A stretch of DNA of 63,267 nt from Candidatus Dadabacteria bacterium. Lineage in GTDB: Bacteria > Bdellovibrionota_C > UBA2361 > J046. Positions 33,679 through 42,656 of the stretch are shown here, one piece after another. The notes below the pieces were generated by a model, which saw only the letters and a list, made by a program, of their open reading frames with translations, was not told the DNA's origin and did not search any database. The stretch covers positions 1 to 63,267 of the forward strand of contig RFHI01000055.1 in the NCBI GenBank assembly GCA_003696425.1. Reading direction: 5' to 3'. A program made the translations under genes and the position numbers. Position 1 is the stretch's first letter; each line of letters begins with the position of its first letter.

Positions 33679-35838
33679 ATGGCCAGAGATTACAAAAATA
33701 TTACAATTGATGAAATACAGCAGCAGGAACGAGCGCGTGCGCTCAAAAATGTTGCGCTTGCCAGCGGGGCCGGTCTGGCACTGGCTGCCAGCCCACTTAT
33801 GAGCTCAGCAGATCCAACTCTTTTTCTGGGGTTAGGCGTTTTGCCGGCTTACGCTCTGGCACAGTATGCCCGGACACTCAGCAGGCAGATCTGGATTGAG
33901 AGAGAACGCCGTAAAGAATCGCGTTTAAGAGGTGGCAGGAAGGTACTGGGCATGCCGCCGCAACGGGATGCTTTTCAAAAGGAGCTTGAAAGGTGCAGGC
34001 AGGAAGGTAAAAAAATCATTGATCGCTACATGGTTGGTTTTTCACTGGAGACAGGTGAACCCCTCTGGATAGATGATAATGATCTCTGCAGCCATGCCTG
34101 CGTGTTTGCCAAGACAGGTGTAGGTAAAACTCTCTGGCTGGAATCATTGATGTTTCAGCAAATGGCCCGCGGCCGTGCCAGCGGCTGTACTTTTATTGAT
34201 GCCAAGCGGGATTCCGGCACACTGGCACAGATCATTTTAATGGCGCTTATAACTGGCCGAATAGAAGATCTTATTGTTGTTGATCCGTTTGACCCGGTAC
34301 ACTCATACAATTTTGTCATGACCAATCAGCGCGCTGATGTAAAAGCCCGTAAAGTGCTAAGAGCCGGACTGCCACCAACATCTGATCAAAGCACTACCAA
34401 GCACTACGACAGGCTGGCGGCTGATTCCATTTACCGGCTGGTACGCGCAATGGAGCGCTTTGGACTATCGTGGTCAATAAAGGATATGGCAGTGGCCCTT
34501 TCAGCTTTCAATTTAGCATATCCGCAGTTAAGGGAGATGCTCAGCAGAATAGGCGCAAGACAGGCAATGGTTGAACTGGGGCATCTGGCAGCAAGCTATA
34601 GAAACCCGAAGGGCACTCTGGATACTACCAGAATAACTGACAACCTGCGGGGAATTGCATCTGAGCTGCATGCGATTTCCGGCAGTGAAATGGGAGGCGT
34701 TTTCTGTACCAGTTATACCGATCTGGTGCTTACAGATGCCATTTTGCGCGGCAAGATAATTTATTTTATGCTGCCGCGTCTTGAAGAAGCCGAGAGTGCT
34801 TCCCGCATGGTTAAGGTCTTTAGAGAAGATCTTGAAGTTGCTATAGGTGAAATCACTTCTTCCCGCGCTTTTAATCTTGAAGATCCCCATCTTGTAATAA
34901 TAGATGAAGGCGCATCAACTTTTGGTCCGACCTGGGCAAATCTATTTGAACTTGCAAGAAAAGGGCGCTTTGCGCTGATTTTTGGAGCGCAATCCACGGG
35001 CGGATTAACCGATCAGTCAATGGGGCTAAGCGAACAGTTCTATGAACGTGTAATGGCCAACGTTAACCTTAAGGTGATTATGAGGGTAGGGGACAACCGT
35101 ACTGCCGAGGATATGGCCGAGTGGATTGGTAAAGTTTCAACTCTTAAAAAATCAGTTGGGGCCGGAGTTACTACCAGTCTCTCTTCTAATGTGCTGCGCG
35201 GAACATTAGATGTTACCGGCAGAAAAACGGGTGGAGAATCACAAACTATAAGTGTACAGGAAAGCGAAGAATACCTGGTAAGTCCTGAAGAATTAAAACA
35301 TGAAATGTCGGCAGAGAAGGGCCTGGCCTGGTTTGATCTCGGTGACGGGCGCATAGTTAAAGGACGTGCCTTCTGGTTTAATGCCGAGCTGCCGGATAGC
35401 TGGGAGGGCAGAGAATTTCTTACAAGACTTGAGCGCTATGAGGTTGACGAAATAGGCCTGGCCGACTGGGTTGATGAACAGATTCTGTATCGTGAGCAGG
35501 ATGAAACTACTGATACCGCTAACGGCACAAAAAACAGCAGCGGGCCAAAAAAGATTGCTGCCACTGAAACTAAAAAACTGCCTGACTTACAGCAAAAAGC
35601 CGAAACAGCAGAGTCTTCTGCGGAAAAAAGCGGTCCATTTAAACTCAGTCCTATTCCGCGTGGAGCTGGAGGAAAACCACGCGGTTCAGTCACAGCTCTT
35701 CCGGCAGGGGGACATCAAAAGGCAAAGCAGCATGATACGGCCAAGTCTGCTCAAAAGGATGCTAACGATGAAGGCGGCAGTGAAAAATCAGCTAAAGAGT
35801 CCAAAAATCCGCCGCGCAGACGGCTTAAGTTCCGCTGA
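33679..35838 (+). CDS. traD: type IV coupling protein, TraD/VirD4 family ATPase
   Basis: 719 aa with two N-terminal TM helices. Walker A is VFAKTGVGKTLW and Walker B is HLVIIDEGAS. Lys/Ala/Glu-rich disordered C-terminal tail. Confidence 0.8.
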   Translation: MARDYKNITIDEIQQQERARALKNVALASGAGLALAASPLMSSADPTLFLGLGVLPAYALAQYARTLSRQIWIERERRKESRLRGGRKVLGMPPQRDAFQKELERCRQEGKKIIDRYMVGFSLETGEPLWIDDNDLCSHACVFAKTGVGKTLWLESLMFQQMARGRASGCTFIDAKRDSGTLAQIILMALITGRIEDLIVVDPFDPVHSYNFVMTNQRADVKARKVLRAGLPPTSDQSTTKHYDRLAADSIYRLVRAMERFGLSWSIKDMAVALSAFNLAYPQLREMLSRIGARQAMVELGHLAASYRNPKGTLDTTRITDNLRGIASELHAISGSEMGGVFCTSYTDLVLTDAILRGKIIYFMLPRLEEAESASRMVKVFREDLEVAIGEITSSRAFNLEDPHLVIIDEGASTFGPTWANLFELARKGRFALIFGAQSTGGLTDQSMGLSEQFYERVMANVNLKVIMRVGDNRTAEDMAEWIGKVSTLKKSVGAGVTTSLSSNVLRGTLDVTGRKTGGESQTISVQESEEYLVSPEELKHEMSAEKGLAWFDLGDGRIVKGRAFWFNAELPDSWEGREFLTRLERYEVDEIGLADWVDEQILYREQDETTDTANGTKNSSGPKKIAATETKKLPDLQQKAETAESSAEKSGPFKLSPIPRGAGGKPRGSVTALPAGGHQKAKQHDTAKSAQKDANDEGGSEKSAKESKNPPRRRLKFR

Positions 35839-36052
35839 AAACCGGGCAAAAAAACAGGCCAGCGCCCAAAAGATCTATTATTGTGCAATTTCAATAGGTT
35901 ATAAACGGGGCGCCACAAATTTTAATTTTGAAAGTATTTTCAAAATATAATAGTATACTTATCCTATACAGGCAGGATACTGCACAGACCGTGGTAAATC
36001 CTATGGCTGGCCGGTACTCCGTACAAACCTGCAATATTTAGGTGAGAAGGTT

Positions 36053-36544
36053 ATGTATGTAGGTGGGATATCGTTTTCCATAAACAAGTCTTTCGGAAGC
36101 TTACAACTTGTTCCGCAAAAAGATGGCTTAAGATTTCATTACGTACCGATTGTAGACGGAATAGAACAGTTTGATAACCCGGGGTTTCTCGATCTGCTGG
36201 TGCCGCTCGATGCGGTTGGCGGAATCTGGGCTACCTGCCGTGCGTTTCTGTATGGAGTAGAGTCGCTTGATGAAAATATAATCATGCAGGGCGATGAATC
36301 AAAGGGGGAGTCAGATACTTTAATAAAACTTTACCGTGATAAACCACGTGGCCAGCATGGGAAACTTACCGGTGAAGAAGTTTGCTGGCTCAGGCTTGTA
36401 ACCGGGCGTTCAGAAGAGGAGCGCCGCAGGATAAAGCTTGGTCCACGCGATCTCCTGTGCCTTGAGCTTGCCTGTAATACTGTAATGGTTTTGGCGGGAG
36501 AGGCCGGTACTCATCAGCCAGAATTATATAAGGCACAGAAGTAA
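36053..36544 (+). CDS. hypothetical protein (163 aa)
   Basis: ORF downstream of the T4CP gene. No motif recognised. Confidence 0.45.
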   Translation: MYVGGISFSINKSFGSLQLVPQKDGLRFHYVPIVDGIEQFDNPGFLDLLVPLDAVGGIWATCRAFLYGVESLDENIIMQGDESKGESDTLIKLYRDKPRGQHGKLTGEEVCWLRLVTGRSEEERRRIKLGPRDLLCLELACNTVMVLAGEAGTHQPELYKAQK

Positions 36545-36582
36545 AGTATCTGGCATTTGTTTTTCTGAATAACCAGCAAATC

Positions 36583-37506
36583 ATGATGATTCTCTGTAAC
36601 GATCTCGGTGAGTCGGGTATTGCTGCCGCAGCTAATATCCTCTCTTCCGGCGGAGCGGCGTTGGATGCGATAGAAGCCGGCATCAGGGTTACAGAAAAAG
36701 ATCCTTCAGTGCGTTATGTTGGCCTGGGAGGAGATCCAAATATCTTAGGCGAAATGGAACTCGACGCCGCCATTATGGATGGAAGCACGGGTCAGGCCGC
36801 AGGCGTCGGTGCTCTTAAAGGGTTTTTGCATCCTATATCAGTGGCCAGAAAAATCATGACAGAATTGCCTCACGTTATGCTTGTTGGGGAAGGGGCAGCC
36901 CGCTTTGCCGGAGAAATAGGTGCTGAGCGAGCTGACCTTTTAACTGCTGAAGCAAAAAAGCGTTACAACCAGTGGATAAATTCGAGGCTGCCAGATCAAT
37001 ATCATCATTCAGTGGATACAGTGGAACTTAAAAGCTACGTCTGGCCCGAAAAAGAGTCCCGAGCAAGAAGAGACACCGTTGTTTATATAGCAATTGATAA
37101 TAGTGGTAGCATTGCCGCCGGCACAAGCTCCTCCGGCTGGGGATACAAGTATCCGGGTCGGCTGGGAGATTCGCCAATAATTGGAGCCGGGCTTTACGCA
37201 CAAAACGGCGCTGGAGCCTGTGTCTGTACCCATACCGGTGAAATGTCCATAAGAACAGCTGCGGCAGCAACAACTGTACGCTTTATGCAGCAGGGACTCT
37301 CCGTAAAGGAAGCCCTTCATAGAACCATGTTAGAGGTGGCTAAACTTAGTGGCGGCTACCGCGGTTCACTGGCTATCTATGCGGTTAATTGTAAACATGA
37401 AACCCACGCACTATTTTACGGAAACCGCGCTGCGATACCGAAATACTGCCTGTGGCAAAACAACACACAAGAATTTAACCTGGCTCCAGATTATTATTGT
37501 CATTAA
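36583..37506 (+). CDS. Ntn-hydrolase, glycosylasparaginase / isoaspartyl peptidase (asparaginase_2) family
   Basis: 307 aa. ALDAIEAGIRVTE, GLGGDPN, ELDAAIMDG, the RDT-VVYIAID autoprocessing-type site and GDSPIIGAGLYA are family motifs. Confidence 0.8.
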   Translation: MMILCNDLGESGIAAAANILSSGGAALDAIEAGIRVTEKDPSVRYVGLGGDPNILGEMELDAAIMDGSTGQAAGVGALKGFLHPISVARKIMTELPHVMLVGEGAARFAGEIGAERADLLTAEAKKRYNQWINSRLPDQYHHSVDTVELKSYVWPEKESRARRDTVVYIAIDNSGSIAAGTSSSGWGYKYPGRLGDSPIIGAGLYAQNGAGACVCTHTGEMSIRTAAAATTVRFMQQGLSVKEALHRTMLEVAKLSGGYRGSLAIYAVNCKHETHALFYGNRAAIPKYCLWQNNTQEFNLAPDYYCH

Positions 37507-37574
37507 GCGCCACCTTCATCCCGAAAGCACCTGTAAAGAAGAGAAGAGCGCTACAGCCCCGTCAAACCAGCGGT

Positions 37575-37610
37575 TATTTTGACCGATAAGTAACGTTATC
37601 GGTCAAAATA
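37575..37610. repeat. 15-bp perfect inverted repeat (hairpin) between convergent genes; possible terminator or protein-binding palindrome
   Basis: tattttgaccgataa-gtaacg-ttatcggtcaaaata. No clean U-tract on either side. Confidence 0.6.
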
Positions 37611-37660
37611 GCAATTAAAAAATTATGCTGTTTAAGGCGGTTGGTAAATCCCTAATAATT

Positions 37661-40357
37661 TTAGTCTCTAAGCCTTTTGCGCGCGTTCTTCATCAGTTCC
37701 TGATTATCACTGTAGCAGCGGTAAAAGCCCTCATAAAACATAAACTTCTCAGGCGCATCACGAATTAATATCTCTGGTCTGGCCAGATAATCAAAATGAT
37801 GATTGGCTGCATCCTCCCAGACATCAACTCTTGTATAAAGATCATCATCAAAATGGTGGCGGCCATTTCCGGCATTATACGACATTAACAGGTTTATCCC
37901 TTTACTGAACGTAAACATAACCGTTTTGCCATCGATTTCATACGGCCAGTCCTGATACATTCTCCTGCCGTTAAGCTCAAAGACTCTTCCTTTTGGGTCA
38001 AGTAACCTGTAACTGTCCGCAGGATAAACCCGCCAGCCGGATATACGCATAAAGCCCTCAAGGTCAAAACGCCAGAATGACGGGCCAAGTACCCGTTCTG
38101 TTTTTCTGGAAATTAAAGTGCGATAACGCGAAGCTCTTGCATTAACTGATTTAAGGCCCATATCGTCAATGGTTTTCTTTAGCTGCTTCTCTATGAAGCT
38201 ATTATCTGCACCTCTTACCGCAAGCGGACTGACAAAAATGATAAGCTGTCTGCTTTCAGTGTCTGACGCCAGAACCGGCGTATCATACTCTGCGGGCCGT
38301 ACGGTAATCCCAGAGGTATAAACCTCAAGATTATCTTTAGGCAGAATCTTTAAAAGTGCAGCAATTTTTTTAACGGCATCTTCTGACCAGTACTTAAACT
38401 TGCCATTCTGCGGCTCGGGAGTTTCAAAATTTACACCATAGTCCCGCTCAAGCCTGAGAATTCTTTTAGCTGCCCGGGCTATCTCTCTAAGTTCTGCAGG
38501 GTCACTAACAGAATTTCTAGCTGCCCTTAATGCATCCAGGGTTGAACAGGCAGCTATAAAGCGATGCCTGCCATATTCTGTTTCGCGGTAAAGACCTTCA
38601 CTGTCAGCCAGTTTTTTTGCATCTTCAGCACGCCTTTCAAGCTGCTTCAAAAACTTCGTCGTAGTAGCTTTGCTCCAGTGCTTCAGCACCCGTTTATTTG
38701 GAATGGTAATAGCCTGTAATGTTCTTCCAAGTACCCCCACGGCTGTAAGCTCTCGCAAACCATAATCGTTTCTGTCAATCAGAAAGTCCTCTCCCAGGCG
38801 GTCAATAACTTTGGCAAGCTCAAGCGGATTCCTGCTCTGCCGTAAAAGTACATTAAGAAGCCTGTTAGCTTTTTCAGGCTCATGAGTTGTCACAATATTC
38901 TTTGCTATATCGGCTATAACCTTATCACGCTCAGAAGCTACAACGACCCTTTCAGTATCACCAAGCTGCACACTGTGACCTAGTTCGTGTAAGAGTACCC
39001 CGGTAATGTGCTTTACGCCTGATTCTCTGACCTGATTTCTATCGTCCTTTAATGCATAATCAGCAACGTAAACTGCACCATCGTCATCATTACGCGCGCC
39101 CGAACAGGTCAGATCGTTATCGATTACACTAACCCGTTTAAGCTCACCAATACGGGGTGTTGTAATCAGTACACCCTCCGGAATTAGTTTCAGCGCATGC
39201 CTTACCTGATCCAACTCAGAAGCACTCCAGAACTTCTGATAACGGCCGTTGCCACCCTTTTCGCCTGTAAGGTTAATCCCATATTCAAATTCGACCGATA
39301 ACATTCCATCCAGCAGTCTGGCCAGCTCATAGCGTGATTTACGGTCGCGTCTTACCCGTCTTTCAGTAGCCAAAAAGGTAAGATCTTTTCTGGCAATTTT
39401 TTTTAAGTGCCGCGCGTATTCAGTGTCCCGCAACTCCTTAAATTGATTAATTTTATCTATGCGTTCTTCAAGGGCAAAGCGCACATTATCAAAATAAGCA
39501 GATAAATGCTGTTGAGTTGCTCGACTGCCCGGCAGTACAGGAAAATATGCTTCCCGCATTGCTGCCCCAATCTTTGCCCGCGCAACAAATTCCTTAAATG
39601 TGGCTCCCAGTTTTGCAAGTCGTCTTGCTCCAATATCCTTTACAAGATCTTCAAGCTCTGCCTGATCTTTTACTGAAGAGAGAATCATTTTAAGAATGAT
39701 GCTCTTGCGCTGCGGATTAATGCCGCGAAGCTGTGTTCTCCTGAATGTTTTGGCGAGTTCCTCGGTTGAGCTGAAATAAAGTACCTGGGGAAGCTGGGAC
39801 TGCAAAAAGCCCTGATCCCCTTTTTCTTTTAAGATTAATGTAATAAGCCCGCGTGAAAAGGCAGCCCTCATGGGCTTTGATACGTGTTTTAGGGCAAGCA
39901 GCTGGTCAGTTAAATGTAAATCCGGATTTTTTAAAAAATCACGCTCTGATTTGGCGTTCTTTTCGGCCAGTTCATAAAGAAGTCCCTGATAAACAGCATG
40001 CGTGAGCGTATACTGTTCGCTGGAGGTAACCGGTAGAGAGAGTATTTCCTGAGTGCGCCTGCTGAATCCGCTGGCAGAAAACGTAACACCAAGAGATTTA
40101 AAGAGCAGCGCTTTTTCCTGATTATTTAACGCTTCGCCGTAATCAATCGATTTGAGGATTTTTCTAAGTTCTCTTCTGGTACGGCTATTAAGCGGCCTGT
40201 CCCTTTCTATACACTCTTTAAGCTCATCTGGAATAGCTCGCAGGGCTGCCCTGACCTGTTCCCATGGGGACTCCGGCAAATTGCCCGATAAGTTATCTGC
40301 ACTTCCAACTGCCGGTCCGTGGCCCTCTTTACTGCTGGGATCATTACCTTCAAACAT
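37661..40357 (-). CDS. large HExxH zinc-metallopeptidase-like protein with internal module duplication; candidate secreted effector
   Basis: 898 aa. HELGH lies at nt 38975-38989. Two homologous modules of about 105 aa occupy aa 305-410 and 585-690 (RDTEYARH/RETEYGRH; EYGINLTGEKGGNGRYQKFWSASEL vs DYGVNFETPEPQNGKFKYWSEDAV; LKLIPEGVL vs LKILPKDNL). Only the first is followed by HExxH. Confidence 0.6.
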   Translation of the reverse strand: MFEGNDPSSKEGHGPAVGSADNLSGNLPESPWEQVRAALRAIPDELKECIERDRPLNSRTRRELRKILKSIDYGEALNNQEKALLFKSLGVTFSASGFSRRTQEILSLPVTSSEQYTLTHAVYQGLLYELAEKNAKSERDFLKNPDLHLTDQLLALKHVSKPMRAAFSRGLITLILKEKGDQGFLQSQLPQVLYFSSTEELAKTFRRTQLRGINPQRKSIILKMILSSVKDQAELEDLVKDIGARRLAKLGATFKEFVARAKIGAAMREAYFPVLPGSRATQQHLSAYFDNVRFALEERIDKINQFKELRDTEYARHLKKIARKDLTFLATERRVRRDRKSRYELARLLDGMLSVEFEYGINLTGEKGGNGRYQKFWSASELDQVRHALKLIPEGVLITTPRIGELKRVSVIDNDLTCSGARNDDDGAVYVADYALKDDRNQVRESGVKHITGVLLHELGHSVQLGDTERVVVASERDKVIADIAKNIVTTHEPEKANRLLNVLLRQSRNPLELAKVIDRLGEDFLIDRNDYGLRELTAVGVLGRTLQAITIPNKRVLKHWSKATTTKFLKQLERRAEDAKKLADSEGLYRETEYGRHRFIAACSTLDALRAARNSVSDPAELREIARAAKRILRLERDYGVNFETPEPQNGKFKYWSEDAVKKIAALLKILPKDNLEVYTSGITVRPAEYDTPVLASDTESRQLIIFVSPLAVRGADNSFIEKQLKKTIDDMGLKSVNARASRYRTLISRKTERVLGPSFWRFDLEGFMRISGWRVYPADSYRLLDPKGRVFELNGRRMYQDWPYEIDGKTVMFTFSKGINLLMSYNAGNGRHHFDDDLYTRVDVWEDAANHHFDYLARPEILIRDAPEKFMFYEGFYRCYSDNQELMKNARKRLRD

Positions 40358-40551
40358 TAAACTACTAATGTGAACTGCCTAAAAATAACTGCATAAAAAA
40401 CAGCGATTCTAATATACCGCTTCAGAGTAAAATAGCATAAAGATAAAACGGCATCTTAAATAAACTATTTTCTTAAGTAATATCAATTAGTTATCTGCTT
40501 AATTGCTTTTGAATAACAGCTGATAACAGTTTAAAATCAATACATAATTTT

Positions 40552-42639
40552 TTGTATGGTGGTCTGGTACAGCAGATGACGCGGCGCGGAAAAAATCAGG
40601 GCAAAAACCCGTCTCAATCTGAAATTGATTTTTCAATCAGTCTCTCAATGCCCGACCCTGGAGTTTCAGAACAGAGTGATCGTACGTCCCCCGACAGTAA
40701 GCGCTTTTTTAAATCAGATGAAAGTTCTGTTGCAGATCTACAGACACGCACTGTAACAGACATTCTTCCAGGTTATCCTCTTAAAGCTGATAACATTGAG
40801 TGCATACCTGAACAGGTCAAAGCAGTTTTAAGAGCAGAAAGCGGCAAAAATTTTCTCTTTGAAGCACCTACCGGAAGCGGCAAGTCGTACATCGCTGCCA
40901 TGATAGCAGCCGGAAAGATCGCTGCCGGCAAACGCGTACTTTATCTGACCGCGACTGAAACTGCTCTTGGGCAGTTTGAAGGCGACCTGGAACGAACCCT
41001 TGCCGTGCCACGCCAACAATTCTTGGCTGTAAGCGGCAAAATACCGCCCACGGAAAGAGAGAAACTCTATAGTGAAGGCCTCCCTTCACTGCTTGCTGCA
41101 CTACCAGGTACTATTCAAAATGATCTTGAAAAAGGCCGCATTAAACCATCAGATTTCAGTCTTATCATAATTGATGAAGTACATATGCTGCGAGGCGATC
41201 ACGCCTTCTCAAAAGTGCTGGAGTACTTTAAAGATCACTCCCCCCAGATAATCGGCATGACTGCCACGGTGCCGGTCAAAGAAGAACGGCGTGCGTTTCT
41301 ACTTGAAAGGCTCGGTGTACAAAGTGAAACAGCTCTTAATCTCCCGGTACGGCCTCTAATAGAAAAGGTAATTTACTGTGAGCCTTCCAAACGCCAGAGA
41401 GATGCCGGCGCTCTTTTAGAACGGGCAGCCGGAGATCTGTTCACTGAGCTTCTCAACATGTCCGTGATGCAGGAAATAATAACGAATGCTGAAGAATTAA
41501 AGTCAAAAAACGATAAAGCACGGCAATTTGTTGAGGCCTATAACAAAGTGACAGGCGCGCCTCCCTACGGGTTTAAAATGCCCTCAGCATCTGATTACAA
41601 CACTATACACAACTATATTTGGAGCCTGTTTCAGGGCTTTTTTCCTAAAAGCGGGGTGAACACACCGGCCTATCGCAAACATCAAAATCCTTACGGCGGC
41701 CCCCTTTCTGTTTCAGCAGCGATCGGTGTTGTAAGACACCTGCACTCGTCTCTTTTGACAATTGGTCTTGAGCCAACACTAAATAAAATAACTGAAGATC
41801 TAATCAGGCTGTATACCCCTCAACGAGTACTTAAAAAACGGCCGGGCCGGTACATGCGACGAGCTTATCTTAACCCGCACACGCTTGAAGCTATAGATAC
41901 CATTACTAAAGGCACACCCTTCCAAAGAATACTGCCGCAAGTCGATATGAATGTACCTGAAGAGCGTAGCCGCCTGCGCACCACTCTTCAAGTGGCCTTC
42001 TCAGAAGACGATCCTCAGTCTGCACGGGGCCAGAAGCTCCTAAAATTTGTCGGTGAACTAAAAAAATCTATTCCGGATATGATCAGAGAATTAAGGCAGA
42101 GTCCGGAACCCGACCACCCTGCCCTGCCGCTGGTAACTGAAGCCCTCCGCGATCATCTGAGAACACATCCGGGCAGTAAGGGTATAATCATCACCGAAGA
42201 TACCTATCATGCCAAAACGTTGGCTGAGATTTTAACTGACGAGCTGAAGGATGTTGGCATCAAACCGGTCGTAGTTAAAAGTGAAAATAGTGCCAGGGCC
42301 AAGCGGGCAACACAAAAAAATATTGAAGCCTTTAAGAAGGGAGAGGTCAATTTAATTGTTGGCACATCTGCAATTGAACAATCCTTCCACGCTGCAGACA
42401 CCGATTTTGTGGTTATCTGGAACCCCACATCGGTGTGGGAACGCTTTGCTCAGCAGCGTGGACGCGTGCGACAGCGCGGCCAAGCTGAAAGCGCTCTGGT
42501 ACTTACTAAAATTACCCGTGGGACAGAAGACGAGATAAGAGACCGCGTGGCTCGCAGTAAAAACCGAAGGAAAGAACGTGAAAGGCAGATTCGCGCCGCC
42601 AAAGAATTACAGGGGGATCTCTTTGGAGATCTCGGATAA
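40552..42639 (+). CDS. SF2 DEAD/DEAH-box helicase, Hef/FANCM/RIG-I-like layout
   Basis: 695 aa (TTG 40552, or ATG 40576). Motif I is FEAPTGSGKSY; motif II is PGTIQNDLEKGRIKPSDFSLIIIDEVHML; motif III is MTAT. An insertion of about 300 aa precedes RecA2. Motif V is VGTSAIEQSF and motif VI is QQRGRVRQRG. Confidence 0.8.
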   Translation: MYGGLVQQMTRRGKNQGKNPSQSEIDFSISLSMPDPGVSEQSDRTSPDSKRFFKSDESSVADLQTRTVTDILPGYPLKADNIECIPEQVKAVLRAESGKNFLFEAPTGSGKSYIAAMIAAGKIAAGKRVLYLTATETALGQFEGDLERTLAVPRQQFLAVSGKIPPTEREKLYSEGLPSLLAALPGTIQNDLEKGRIKPSDFSLIIIDEVHMLRGDHAFSKVLEYFKDHSPQIIGMTATVPVKEERRAFLLERLGVQSETALNLPVRPLIEKVIYCEPSKRQRDAGALLERAAGDLFTELLNMSVMQEIITNAEELKSKNDKARQFVEAYNKVTGAPPYGFKMPSASDYNTIHNYIWSLFQGFFPKSGVNTPAYRKHQNPYGGPLSVSAAIGVVRHLHSSLLTIGLEPTLNKITEDLIRLYTPQRVLKKRPGRYMRRAYLNPHTLEAIDTITKGTPFQRILPQVDMNVPEERSRLRTTLQVAFSEDDPQSARGQKLLKFVGELKKSIPDMIRELRQSPEPDHPALPLVTEALRDHLRTHPGSKGIIITEDTYHAKTLAEILTDELKDVGIKPVVVKSENSARAKRATQKNIEAFKKGEVNLIVGTSAIEQSFHAADTDFVVIWNPTSVWERFAQQRGRVRQRGQAESALVLTKITRGTEDEIRDRVARSKNRRKERERQIRAAKELQGDLFGDLG

Positions 42640-42656
42640 GAGAGCCAGGGCTTAAG

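Noticed and set aside
35471-35950. 159-aa ORF overlapping the 3' end of the coupling-protein gene and extending into the intergenic region
   Set aside because: It is an alternative frame of the Lys/Ala-rich T4CP tail with a low-complexity basic sequence. No independent support.
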